Below the pieces are notes generated by a model. It was not told the DNA's origin. It ran no database searches and worked only from the letters and a program-made list of their open reading frames with translations. The translations under genes and the position numbers were made by a program. Positions 1 through 11,654 of a stretch of DNA of 64,000 nt are shown here, piece after piece (the first letter of the stretch is position 1; every line of letters begins with the position of its first letter). Source of the DNA: Cyanidioschyzon merolae. Lineage: Eukaryota. The stretch lies in the NCBI GenBank assembly GCA_000091205.1, contig AP006500.2. The stretch is one strand, 5' to 3'.

Positions 1-869
1 ATCGCAAACAGTCCTCGGCTTTGTCTATTGGCATCCCTGGGATCGGTTCCAGTTAGGAACGCACCATCGCTTTCCACGAAAGGAGCGTACACTGATTGTC
101 GCCCGTTGACTCGTTCGGCAGTCTGGATTTTCACTCCGAGCCTAGGTTCATGATGGACAGCATATCGTTTCACAAGTCCTCTACGCAAAGGATCAACCTC
201 CACTTGCGCATGCACCGTACTGCGCGGTCGTCGAGGGCGCCACCCAAAACATGCTCGTGATCGCGCGGTATGATACCAGGCGCGGAAACACAGCATGGCG
301 TCCAGCGGAGCCCTCTGAACCCGTCAACAGCATACACGAATCAATGGAGCGAGCGGCCACGTGCCCCGGAGAGGCTCTTGGAGTTCATGGTGTTCCTGAC
401 AAATGCGGACAACCGCCTAGAGCCAATCGGAGCCTCTGCGAAGCAAGCACCCACACGACGGACGAAGAAGATGAGCAGTGTATGCGAAGCATTGATCGCT
501 ACTTTCGTGCGTGTATCAAGTGCGTTGCCAATCGCCGAAATCCGTTAGACCGAGACGTGAATGCCTGCCATCAACATCCTTCGACTGTGGACCATAGACC
601 CGGAGCAACACGAGAGACCGACGTTGTCAAACGCGGAAATGAGGCAGAGGGAAACGAACCAGCCGCAAAACCATACACCAAAGAGTTATCTGGTAACCCC
701 GGGTCGATACCAAGAATTTAGAGTGTATGAGCGAATGCTTCAATGGACCGCTTCAACTTTATGCAGACGAATGACTGTGACTAAATAGTGAATGCCTTTC
801 TGTCGGCATACGCTGCACAACCGGTGTACGGTGATGGCAAAAGGCAAACTGCCTGTCGTACACTGGATG

Positions 870-3800
870 CCTACCCACCGACATGCAGACGCCTTGCAGT
901 CTTTTTGGACCGGCCATCTACTACTTGTTTCAGCTTCTTTCTGTAGAATGCAACCTTGAGAGTTTGTCCTATAAAGTTGGCTCTCGTGAGCTCTGCGCGT
1001 CTCTTCCCGGGCACTGCACATCTCCTGATATTGATAGCAGTGTTAAAGTGTCGGTTCCCGAACTCTAAGCGTTTGCTCCCGTTGGTTGCACTCGCTAGTG
1101 CGAGGAACCCGCGAAATTTCGCCCTCGTTTTCATTCCTGCCCCGTCAGCGTTGCGTACTTTTTTATATACTTAGGGCTCCTCTGGCACGTTTCCATCTCG
1201 AATCTCTGAAGTATACATCCCAGTTCATAGTGTGTATAGGACATTCGGATCTCATCTGCAGGTATCTCAGCGAAACGCCTTGCGCACTCCTTGTACGTTC
1301 TTGTCTTTGGAGCTGGCATAGTCCCTTTTTGGGTCTTCCAGTGCCCTGCTCCGTACGCTACTGCTAGCCTCTGATTTCCATCCTCCTTCGGGTCACTCAA
1401 CTGATTGAAAAAATTTGCGAACGCCCGCTGCCTCCCACAGTACAAATTCATACGCAAACGAGCCCACCGGGGCTTGGTATACCCCCTCCACAGCCCATCC
1501 CAATGGGCAACACGTACTTCCATGAATTTCCGAAAAGCTTCAAAATCCGCTCCTCGGCTAGGAACCTGGCTGATCGCTTCCAGGTGCTCTTTCACTCCTG
1601 CATTCTATGTCTCAATTTTCTTCCGTGCATTCATCGTTCCCGATTCTCGGTAATATCTCGCTCTTGAGTGCTTTAAAAGACTCATGTCTTTCTGACGTAA
1701 GTTGCCGCCAGTACCATTTTCTACGCGCTTGGGGTACTGCGGTGGTTTCGATATTCCTGTTCCCAGGTTCCGCGCTGACGACAAAGTACTCGTCCTGCGC
1801 ATTCTGCGTCGCAGAACCCGCCTCCTTCTCATCTTCATGCTTCGCCGCGTCAACGACAAAGTCGTTATCCTGCACCTTCTGTGTCGCAGGATCCGCCTCC
1901 TTCTCATCTTTATGCATCGCCGCGCCAACGATAAAGCCGTTATCCTGCACCTCCTGCGTCGGAGGATCCGCCTCCTTCTTTTCTTCATGCTTCGCCGCTC
2001 CAACCATAAAGTCGTTATCCTGCACTTTCTATGTCGGAGGATCCGCCTCCTTCTCATCTTCATGCTTCACCGAGTCAACGACATGGTCGTTATCCTGCAC
2101 CTCCTGCGTCGCAGAATCCGCCTCCTTCTCACCTTCATGCTTCGTCAAGGGCGCAGCCGAGGGCGGAACTGGACGATCCTTCTTCAGCCGCCGATAGTGT
2201 ACACACATGGCTACTCCATCGGTTTCGGTCATCCCAGTGAATAATTTTTGTTTGCTCACCCTCAGACGTTTGAAATCGAAGATATTCTTCCAGTACGTCT
2301 CCCGGTTTTCACCGCAGAACTCCTCCCCGTTAACATTGAACTCCGGACAGATCTCCTTCATGATGCCGTACAGGACTCTGGAGTTGGTAGCAACAAAGTG
2401 CGACTTGTTGTTCCATATCGTGACGAAAATGAAGCGCTTCCCCAGAAGCGCAGCCGCCCGTTTCCACGACTCTGCAGTTTTTCCTCACTCAGCTTCATCT
2501 CCGCCTTGCGTTCGAGCTCTCGGTCCGGAAACACAAAATATCGCAGTACGAGGCGATAGGATCGTTCCTTATCTTTTTTCAACTCTGATGTCTTTTCTGC
2601 TGGATTCACCAGGCCCAGTGCCGCACGATGCTCTTGTATAGCCCCACGAATTACAGAAGCTTCATTCATGCTCTCGTTTGACGACTTCTTATCGACGAAT
2701 TCGACCTCGTCTTCATGCCTGCGATCGTTCGTGATGCCGTTGATAGTCGCCCATACTCCTTTGCGAGAGATGCGCGGCTAGAATGCAAACACGGCGCGTA
2801 TCGCGAAACGTTCGAGGTTCATAGGCAAATGGTTCTTCAGGCTTGTGAGGTACTTCATTGCCCCGTATGTGTACATACCACAGTCGCCTCAGTACCGAGT
2901 ACCGTTCAACCGGAATTCCGCGTTATTTCCGTGGAGGCATGCACTCCCTCATTCTTCGTCGACGCTTCCCCTGTGCCAAGCATCAGGTGACGAATAAAGT
3001 CTCATCGAAAATTTCTTCCGGAACCTCGACAGTTTCGATGCCCGTCACGTTGTCGTACATGTCCTTCACAAAAAGCATCAGTCCTGACGTCGCCTTCATA
3101 ATACTCATAGGCTACGTCGCGACACGTTCTCTGATGACTTGTTGCATTTGTTGCTCGTACGAATCCTTGATATGATTCACAAGACAGGGTTTCACCACCA
3201 TCTCGTTGTAGAGTTGTCTTTCGTGCAGCTTCTGACGCTACGCCTTCCCCTTTCACTTCTTCGTCTTGTCCTCTTCCCCTTTTACTCGGCACTGTTCTCC
3301 ATTTTTCAGGGAGCCAGCGATGCGGAACCTCCAGGATCCTCGACTTGCTATTCCACAACCTTCCTTGATTTTTTCTGAAAAAGAACACACTTTGAACGCT
3401 TCTGCTGTAAACCGCGGAAAAACACATGAATACAGTAATCCCAGAATGGAACACAACCGAATTTAAAGAATACACTTTGCGATGACTTTAATTGAAATAC
3501 GACTTTACATTAGAGCAACACTTCAACAAATCGTCAGATAGTGTTTCTCCTCAACGGCAACATGCGCGCCATACCTGATGCCTACCAGATGTGGAGATGC
3601 GCGTATCGAGCGCACTATAAAGAACAATGAACAGAATCGATCCACTAACTAGCACCGATAGAACGAGTTCTTTCCCTCTCTACGATAACCGTTAAAAGAG
3701 GGAAAATGTTTCCATGTGATCGAAGGTTTACCTTCTGGGGACAAGGTCCCGCGAACCGCACGAGTCTGCCAGACCCGTGCTTGATACTCTCCCCTGAGGC

Positions 3801-4180
3801 AGGTGGTGTAGCGAGACCCCAACAACTCGACCGCAACGTAGTTTACTCCGGGACTAGGGGCGGGTAGCCTGCCTCTGGACGTCGCCGTACTCGCCGGATA
3901 ATCCTAGTATATCGCTTCGCGCTGCCGCAGGCAGTGGCTCAGGCTGCGCAGCTTCCAGAATTCCAGAATGATCATAAATCCCGGCCCCGTGTCACTTGAA
4001 GCATTCCTCGAGCGGACGCCTGCATTGGTATGACAAACCCGTTCTGCATCCTTACTGTATCCGGTTCAGGTGCTATTGCAGGTGCAGTGAGGCAGGCACT
4101 CGGCACACGATAGAACGTACGAAACGACAAGCATATCAGAGAAGAAGTGTACGTAATGGAACTTGGACTTAAAGTGCATC
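870..4180 (-). mobile_element. Dispersed repeat family, copy 1. The conserved blocks are interrupted by an extra segment of about 1.1 kb that includes a 75-bp coding tandem repeat. On the minus strand it carries K/E-rich ORF fragments in several frames, consistent with decay, frameshifts or introns.
   Basis: ORF peptides at 871-1134(-), 2029-2669(-), 3002-3475(-) and 3645-3836(-) are homologous to peptides at 57419-57760(-), 57764-58177(-), 58450-58791(-) and 59250-59462(-). Nucleotide identity is about 75-80% across blocks in the same order and orientation. Confidence 0.6.
1775..2160. repeat. 75-bp tandem repeat of about 5 units. It is in frame on the minus strand and encodes 25-aa repeats of the form KHEDEKEADPATQEVQDNDFVVDAA.
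   Basis: gtcgttatcctgcac recurs at 1861, about 1937, 2011 and 2087. Minus-strand ORFs 1612-2025 and 2029-2361 show the 25-aa periodicity, continuous with the conserved repeat-family ORF. Confidence 0.8.
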
Positions 4181-7100
4181 ATAATGGACATTTTTTCAAT
4201 TGCGAATACCCGTCCATCCCGCAATCTGGCATCTGTGGTCCATAGAAATATTTTGTCATAGAAAAGCAAAGATTGCGCGCATTGCGTCTACCTTTCATTT
4301 GCGCATTCAGTGCTTTGTCAATGCAGTCGACCTGTAGCCTAGCGGTTACAGTACCGGTGGGGCTAGCGGTTAGATTCTTCAACTGACGCCTAAAGCGACT
4401 GCCCTGCACCAACCTCATGGAACCTCTATAGGACGTACGGTTTTCTGAAGCGGTAACGAGAACCTCCAAACCTGGGGTCTGGCTTACTATCTTTGGCGCA
4501 CTTCGCAGTTCTAGAAGAGTGACCCGTCGAGGCCGAGTCTGCAGCGCCGCAGCCACCGGTGTTACTGTCGTTCACGTCGTCGCTGCTAGATATTCTGATT
4601 TAGCGCAAAGTTGAGACGGACTCGAGCTTCAGCTGCAGAGCTGCCTGGACGGATATGCAGTGCGTGTGATTGTACCACCACGAAGAGATCGCTTTGCGCG
4701 GGGACGTCAAAACCGCTCAAGCGGACTTGCCGAAGAGGTTTATGATGCCGGAGAGCGCAACGCTGCGGCGCGTAGCTTGCACGCGGTGCCTCTCCCCGCG
4801 TTGCTTGCTCCTATGCAGCCTCACGTTACTCTTCTTCCTGCTTCGTCGAATGACTGTTGATATACATATACTGAAAGAGCTCGATGGCCAGCATCGTGCG
4901 CTTTCAAACCGCTGCTTGAAACCTCTGATACACTTTCCGGAACTGCATGCTCTGTTCCAACTTTCCTATGGTATCGCGAGCATCGTCAAGCGTCTCGCGA
5001 TTCTCGGAAGAGAATGCATTCGCCCCGCAGAGATCAGCGATGGATCCTGCAAACCAGGCAACGGGCAAGCATTCGAACCAGAGCAGGGTCTTCAGCGCGT
5101 CTGCACGAAGCTCTTGCCGCTTATTCCGACCTGGAGGCAGGCGATTGTGAATGAATGGACGAGCGCGACAACGACGACCTACGGCACGCCATCGCGTCTA
5201 TACGAGCGGGGACAGCCTGCCTCTGAAGCAGGCCTGGAGCTCCGCCTCGTCGATCACTGCCATGCGACCCTGGACCTGGGTCCAGTCGCCCTGGACAGAC
5301 GTACCCGAGTACTGGCTCGCTCTGTTGGGAAGAGGACTGCCCCAGAAACGGCGCCTCTTCTGCAGTTCTCGCGTGCTGTATTTGGTCTCTCATGTTGTGA
5401 CGATCTGATGCGCTCCAATGAGAGCACACACCGGCTGGCGACGCTCGTTCGAGACCGGATTCCAGATGCGGCTGTCGTGTGCTGCATTGCAAGCTCCGAA
5501 AAGTGAGCATCGATCACGGTGCTGGTCTCGAGATCTTCGCTCCTTGGCTGCTCGACAGCGACGCCACAGAGGCCGTAACGTTGACTCTAGGTTCGGCGGG
5601 ATGCCCGCCAAACGAGGGCGAGCAGTCACGACATCTTTGGCAGCACCGCCGATGCCGCCCAAGCAGTGACCTTCGTTAACGTTCTAGGACAGCCTCCGTG
5701 TGCTGGAAAACAAGACTTTTTTCGCAATCGGTTGCGGCGACGCGCTGGCGCTAAAGCATACAAACGGAGTTTCTATCCGCATGCGACCACGTGGACGGAC
5801 ACATAAACCACGGCCTTGGCGTCGCGTCGCGATAAGCGCCGAGCTACTCGAAAACTGAGTTGCAGCGCTGGCTTCCATGCCATGCATTGCAAGCCAATTA
5901 GAACTGCCTGTGTTGTTGGAAAAACGTTGTCGGTGCGGTTACGTTCCAGAAAGCCAATGCGGGTAAAGCATGATAGAGAAACCTCCATGACGGACAGGGC
6001 TGAGGTAGTTCTCAGAAAAGCGGCAACGCGACGCGTTGACCAGTACTCAAGATTTTCGCATTATCCAGAGTTGACGCTCTCGAAGGTCCAGAAAGTTAGA
6101 ACGACACAGACGGCACAAAATCTGATGCATAGAAATGCAAGTTCGGGGCCAAACCTGCAACCCATTCGTGCAAGCATGTACGCAAGCGTGAACTTTGCCA
6201 GATACTGTTCTGAAGCGCACCCCTGAATCACCATACATGGCTGTCGTCAGGTACCGAAACGAGACTGTCTTTGCGGATCACGTGTATGCATCCAGGGCAG
6301 ACGTCGGCCCTCATGTTCGCGGATTCACGAAACGCAGACGAGCAGCATTCGCCCCGTTCGGTGGTATCAAGCAGCGGGGCTGCTCGTGATTGGCTCCTCG
6401 AGCGCTGTCCTCAAGGGCGCTTAAAGAACGGTCGTTCCAGGTGGCTTTTTTTTCCGGAAAACCCCTCCGAATGATGCCTATAGTACAGCGCCCGTATCCA
6501 GTCTGGATGCTAACGATTCATCCATCCCCATCAGATTGCAAGCATATCGTTCATAAGGATTCCAGGGTTTCCACGCAGCAGCTCATGAGTCGATATGCTG
6601 ATCCATGATTACCGAAGCCTCTTCGACACCATCACCTCCACGCTCGCATCAGACAGACAGGTAAACAGGCAAACAGGCAAACACCCCGCGGAGATGCTTC
6701 AATCGTCGCTAAAATGCTCTGCCTGCACACCAAAGCCGGCCAGCAGCCAGTCCATGCAACGTACACGGAGCCGTCCGCCCGAGAGGGCGCCCACAAGCTG
6801 CTCTCAAAGCGCGGGCAGCGGAGAAGGCGGCATCCGACGCCCCGGTGAGTGGCCGCAGAAACAGCACATCCAACGGGCGGCCACAAAACCGGACACACTA
6901 CCCGGAACGCGAAACCTCGCCGCGCTGCTCAGCTCAACGCGTGGTCGAAATGAACGAGAACTGCACGGGTGTGAGTCCGATACCAGGAACCTAGGTAGGA
7001 CGATCTCCAGTTGCTCAGTCTCTGAACAGGAAACCCAGCATCTTCCACCCATCTGCGACCGCCTGGCGCTTCAGCGCCACCAGCGATCAATGCCGAGGTG

Positions 7101-7199
7101 CCGCCCTGCAGCCGGGCAATCCAGACCAGGAAAGCGACAGCATTCCTCCATCCGAATACGTCTGCTAAAACGCATCGATGCTCAGCCCACACCAAAGGT

Positions 7200-7811
7200 A
7201 CCGAGCGCAATGCCATGCTCGCTGCGTCCCGCATCTCGAACAAGGTGCATTCAAGGACGCCTCAGCGCCGCCACGAACTGAGCACATCCGAGTCGTACTT
7301 GCCTCTTCTCGAACAAGGTGCTCTCAAGGACGCCTCAGCGCCGCCACGAACTGAGCACATCCGAGTCGTACTTGCCTCTTCTCGAACAAGGTGCTTTCAA
7401 GGACGCCTCAGCGCCGCCACGAACTGAGCACATCCGAGTCGTACTTGCCTCTTCTCCAACAAGGTGCTTTCAAGGACGCCTCAGCACCGCCACGAACTGA
7501 GCACATCCGAGTCGTACTTGCCTCTTCTCCAACAAGGTGCTTTCAAGGACGCCTCAGCACCGCCACGAACTGAGCACATCCGAGTCGTACTTGCCTCTTC
7601 TCGAACAAGGTGCATTCAAGGACGCCTCAGCACCGCCACGAACTGAGCACATCCGAGTCATACTTGCCTCTTCTCGAACAAGGTGCATTCAAGGACGCCT
7701 CAGCGCCGCCACGAACTGAGCACATCCGAGTCGTACTTGCCTCTTCTCGAACAAGGTGCATTCAAGGACGCCTCAGCGCCGCCACGAACTGAGCACATCC
7801 GAGTCGTACTT
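7200..7811. repeat. 73-bp minisatellite of about 8 units. It abuts and overlaps the 3' end of the J-domain gene.
   Basis: The ORF track shows 60-aa ORFs starting every 73 bp (7318, 7391, 7464, 7537, 7610, 7683). The last truncated unit encodes the C-terminal KYDSDVLSSWRR and stop of the minus-strand J-domain ORF. Confidence 0.9.
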
Positions 7812-8942
7812 CCGCCGCGACTCTGGATTGCTCAGGACTTGGTAAGCCTCGACAACTTTTTGAAACGCCGAATGCCGCTCCTCCGCCGTCAGTGGCCGCT
7901 TCCTATCCGCGTCCGCCGAACCCTGGACAGCCTCACGGAGCGTACTGTGCTGCGAGTCGGGGTGCAGCGCTTTGGCTCGTTCCAGGTAGGCTTTGCGAAT
8001 TTCGCTGCTAGTTGCGCTCGGCGAGACACCGAGTGTTGCATAGTGCGTGCCAGGTGCTGCGCGAGGTGGCGTCTCCGGCTGCTCCTCTCTCGAAAAGGCT
8101 TCGGACTGGACTCCTCCGCGGAAACGCCGCTCCCACTCGAGGTATCGGCGAAAGAGCTCGCGCCGAGCCCGTTCTTCTGCGGCCATGAACGCTTCTCGGC
8201 GACGCGCTTCCTTCTCCGCCCAGTTGTGTTGGGCTGCCCGTTGCAGACGTTCGAGAATCTCGCGCTCCAAACGCTCCCGTGAGTAACGCTGATAGTTTCC
8301 CCAACCTCGATGGATTTCTTTGCCAACCGCGAAGCGAGAGTATCGAAAGCCAACGACACCAGCTGCATACGCTCCGAAAATGAGGAAAGCACCCACCGCC
8401 AGTGCCGAAGACGGTTTGGAGACCTTCTCAGACGACACAGCCGAACTATTTTCACCGGACTGCAGCAGCGTTCCATCGCGTCTTGGTCCTGAAGCTGACG
8501 CGGCTTCCGAGACGTGTCCCAAGTCCGCCTGCGGAGGCCGTGTTGATCCAGACGCTGGCCCGCTGACCGGACGCGCCCCGGCACTGGCTTCCTTCGTGGC
8601 CATTCTGTACCAAGGGTCGGAGGAGGCACCCAGGATTTGTATACGGAGCTGGTGTACGCATGTCCAGCGGACTCTGACCGTCCTCGAAGCGCGTTCGACT
8701 GCAGCAGAGCGCGCTCTGTCCCCAACTGGGTTCCTCCGAGGCTGGCGCCAAGCTCCGGCTGGCGAGCTGGCTGGCTGGGCAACACGCGCCACGACACCAG
8801 TCGCAACCGCTGCGCTGCAACAGCGCTCTGCTGAGCGCTGGTGGAGTCTTGGACGTTCATGCGAGACGAGCGTGTCTTTTTCTGGACCGCAAAGGTTCTC
8901 CCTCAGGTCGAAAGGAGTCAAAAAATACCCTTGATCACGCAT
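7773..8942 (-). CDS. J-domain (DnaJ-like) protein with a predicted transmembrane segment. The J domain is at the C-terminus. The true start is probably an internal Met.
   Basis: C-terminal HYATLGVSPSATSSEIRKAYLERAKALHPD ... FQKVVEAYQVLSNPESRRKYD carries the J-domain signature (HPD motif). A hydrophobic segment ALAVGAFLIFGAYAAGVVGF lies upstream. Confidence 0.6.
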   Translation of the reverse strand: MRDQGYFLTPFDLRENLCGPEKDTLVSHERPRLHQRSAERCCSAAVATGVVARVAQPASSPAGAWRQPRRNPVGDRARSAAVERASRTVRVRWTCVHQLRIQILGASSDPWYRMATKEASAGARPVSGPASGSTRPPQADLGHVSEAASASGPRRDGTLLQSGENSSAVSSEKVSKPSSALAVGAFLIFGAYAAGVVGFRYSRFAVGKEIHRGWGNYQRYSRERLEREILERLQRAAQHNWAEKEARRREAFMAAEERARRELFRRYLEWERRFRGGVQSEAFSREEQPETPPRAAPGTHYATLGVSPSATSSEIRKAYLERAKALHPDSQHSTLREAVQGSADADRKRPLTAEERHSAFQKVVEAYQVLSNPESRRKYDSDVLSSWRR

Positions 8943-11654
8943 GTGGTGAGCTCTGGTGCCTCATTGTACCTGGCTGGCACCGAAGCCGACCAAACGGCAG
9001 CAGTTTACCGGCTGCGTCTAACAGAGGGCCGCTGGCGAGTCGAAGGAAAATGGTGCTTGCTAGCCCCGAACTCAGGAGTAAAAGCAAAAACCCCACGACT
9101 AGCGGACCTCTGTGTGAATGACGCGGACACCGTGCTCGCCGCAGTCTGTGTGGACGGCTGGCTCTACGTCGAGCGCGCCCAGGATATCGGTGGAAAACGG
9201 TTGCGAGCACATCGAGCGCATGATCAGCTGCGAGCGGTAGCACTCGACCCGAACTACGACACGAGCCTGCCTCGTTCCAGTTTGCGTGTGGTTGTGGGAG
9301 GCGATCAAGGAGAGCTTGCGTTGTACGGGGAGTCGTGGCTGGGGCTCTCCCAGACAGCCGTCCTGTACCGAAGCCGGGAGGCGATCACGAATATCGCCTG
9401 GCATGCACACTTCATCAGCTGGGCAACGCTTTCTGGCACCGTTCGAGTCTATGACAGTGACCGACATGCCGGGGTTTGCTCGGTGGAGCCGCCGGCGTCT
9501 CTGGGGCAGCAAACGTTACCGCCGCGCGCACGCCTTCAACGAACCCGTCTTTTCTGGACCTCAGGGCGTCAGCTTTGCATCAGCTGGTGGTATCGTGGTG
9601 CAAATGAGGATCTCGAACATGACGCGCAAGAGCAGGATCCAGAAGCATGCGTCGCCATTCGAGTGCTTTCGTTCAACGAAAACCCACCGGAGGAGGCCAC
9701 GAACGCGATACTGGTCCAGACACAGTGGAGTTGCTGCAGATCACTTTTTCAGAATGGATTCCAGCTTCGCTTGGTCGCGCCGTGTTCAGAAAATAGTGCT
9801 GATTTGCTTTTCGTTTCGTCGCGGATGAGAGCGCGTCCAGCGGAGGACAGCGATTCTGGGATGCCCTCGGATGCTGAAGCACTCGAACGGCTCGATGAGG
9901 ACGCTAATTTCGCAGCCGGGACACTGGAACTGTGCATGCAACTCTATGCGTATCAGCAGACTGAATCAGAAGAAAAGAAAGAAGGCTCCCGCTTTGTGCT
10001 TGCGAATGAGCAACTAGTCGCATTCGAGTGGCCTCCGGCTGCGACAAGCGCGGCAGCGCCAGTGCAGCTGCCGCGATCACGCCTGCTCAGCGCCTGGAGT
10101 CGCAAAGCATGCGCCCTCTTTATGCTATATGCGGAAGCCGCTGTGTCGACAGAAGCAACAGAGGCACCTTGGCTGCCGGTTATCGTTCAGGTGCGTCCGT
10201 GCAATATTGTTGAACAGGTTCGATGGCTGCATGCGCAACATGCTGATGCCTCAGCAGTCCTGGCGCTCGCTCGACTGGCTGTTCAGACGGATGCGCAGGC
10301 CCTGTCCGCCGAGGAACTTGCATCTCTCGCCGACGCTTTTCTGGAAGCTCATTGGGAACATTGCAGTGCAGCGGGCACCCCAACCGCTGAGCATGACGAA
10401 ATCGCTGCCCGCATTCCCGAGGCACTGGAATGGTGGAACGCTCCGACCTGGCTCTGGGAGAAGTGGATACGGCGTCTGCTGGCTGTAGGCAGAGGCGCGC
10501 TGCTCGTGTCCGTGATACCGACACAGTCTCCTGTGCTGGAACGCCAGGTTTACGACATCATATTTCACCAATTGATTGACAAGCCAGAACCAGGGATGCT
10601 GTATGCTGCCCAGAACTGGCCGTTGGAGATCTTCTCCGTTGACGAGCTTATTGAGGCTCTGGAGCGTCGCCTGCAGCAGGTCCGAACGGCGCCCGATGCT
10701 AGCTCCCGCCGGGCGATGCTCATCATGACAGAATCTTTATCCGCGCTCTACACACGATCTGGTCGAACGGAGAAGACGCTCTTCCTGATCCTCGAGCAAG
10801 ACGGCACGGCCGTGTTCTCCTACATACGGAAGCATCGTCTCTTTGCTGCTGCTCGCCAATGTCTTGGCGCGCTCTTTGCTTTGGATGCGGCGGAGGCAGC
10901 GCGCACGCTCGCAATGGCGAGTCCGCTCGAGCTGAGCATAGACGACGTCTTGGGAGCACTCGAGCCCGCGGATTCCCTCAATGCCATGCTCTACCTCGAA
11001 GAGGTGTTTCGCCAAGCCCCTGACCTCTTACACGTACCAGAGCACCACGAAAGACTCCTGGAACTGCTTGTCAAACATGCCCCCGAACGTATTCTGGCCC
11101 TGTTGCAGTCCGAGGATTGTTTCTGCCGGCCACAAGTCGCGAGGAGCATCCTCGCTCGAGCGGAGACGCCTGATCGGCAATTTCTCCGAGAACGAGCACT
11201 TCTGCATGCGCTGCAGGGCGATCTCCTCGAAGCACTCAAGATACTCCTGGAAGGCGAGATGGAAGGCGATGCCCTGGAGCTAGCACGCCAACAGGCTTCC
11301 GATGCCGCACCTTGGGGATTTCTAGCAGCCCACATGCGCGACCCCCAGCGACTCCTACTGGTTCGCGAGTGCGCCCTGTCACGATCTCAAGTGCTTATGA
11401 CGATTGGTGAACGGCGTCTGGCAGGTGAAGCGATTAAGCTGGAAACGCCCGTCATTCGCGAGGCCTATTACCATCTCGAAGAACAGCGCCAATGTTCGCA
11501 TGCGGTGAGCGAGCTACTCAAGCAGCGCATCCACAAACTCGAACAAGCCTATGCTTCAGCGCTGTTTGACGATCTCGTGCTGCCCCCAACCGTGGCAACC
11601 GATCTGAAGGGACACTTGAGCGTTTCTGAGCGCAATGTAGTCGAGCTATCCTAG
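8841..11654 (+). CDS. VPS41: VPS41-like HOPS/tethering subunit: N-terminal beta-propeller plus alpha-solenoid, 937 aa. The ORF opens with GTG in the track, so the true start is uncertain.
   Basis: HAHFISWATLSGTVRVYDS and RLFWTSGRQLCISWW resemble the conserved VPS41 blocks (IAWAN..GVKI.D and TLIIGWG). It is a long uninterrupted ORF with a helical C-terminal half. Confidence 0.5.
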   Translation: MESWTFMRDERVFFWTAKVLPQVERSQKIPLITHVVSSGASLYLAGTEADQTAAVYRLRLTEGRWRVEGKWCLLAPNSGVKAKTPRLADLCVNDADTVLAAVCVDGWLYVERAQDIGGKRLRAHRAHDQLRAVALDPNYDTSLPRSSLRVVVGGDQGELALYGESWLGLSQTAVLYRSREAITNIAWHAHFISWATLSGTVRVYDSDRHAGVCSVEPPASLGQQTLPPRARLQRTRLFWTSGRQLCISWWYRGANEDLEHDAQEQDPEACVAIRVLSFNENPPEEATNAILVQTQWSCCRSLFQNGFQLRLVAPCSENSADLLFVSSRMRARPAEDSDSGMPSDAEALERLDEDANFAAGTLELCMQLYAYQQTESEEKKEGSRFVLANEQLVAFEWPPAATSAAAPVQLPRSRLLSAWSRKACALFMLYAEAAVSTEATEAPWLPVIVQVRPCNIVEQVRWLHAQHADASAVLALARLAVQTDAQALSAEELASLADAFLEAHWEHCSAAGTPTAEHDEIAARIPEALEWWNAPTWLWEKWIRRLLAVGRGALLVSVIPTQSPVLERQVYDIIFHQLIDKPEPGMLYAAQNWPLEIFSVDELIEALERRLQQVRTAPDASSRRAMLIMTESLSALYTRSGRTEKTLFLILEQDGTAVFSYIRKHRLFAAARQCLGALFALDAAEAARTLAMASPLELSIDDVLGALEPADSLNAMLYLEEVFRQAPDLLHVPEHHERLLELLVKHAPERILALLQSEDCFCRPQVARSILARAETPDRQFLRERALLHALQGDLLEALKILLEGEMEGDALELARQQASDAAPWGFLAAHMRDPQRLLLVRECALSRSQVLMTIGERRLAGEAIKLETPVIREAYYHLEEQRQCSHAVSELLKQRIHKLEQAYASALFDDLVLPPTVATDLKGHLSVSERNVVELS

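Noticed and set aside
7318-7792. Series of near-identical 60-aa plus-strand ORFs
   Set aside because: Reading-frame artefacts of the 73-bp tandem repeat. Their starts are spaced exactly 73 bp apart and the unit length is not a multiple of 3.
8320-8934. 204-aa plus-strand ORF antisense to the J-domain gene
   Set aside because: It lies fully inside the better-supported minus-strand J-domain ORF and has a low-complexity composition.
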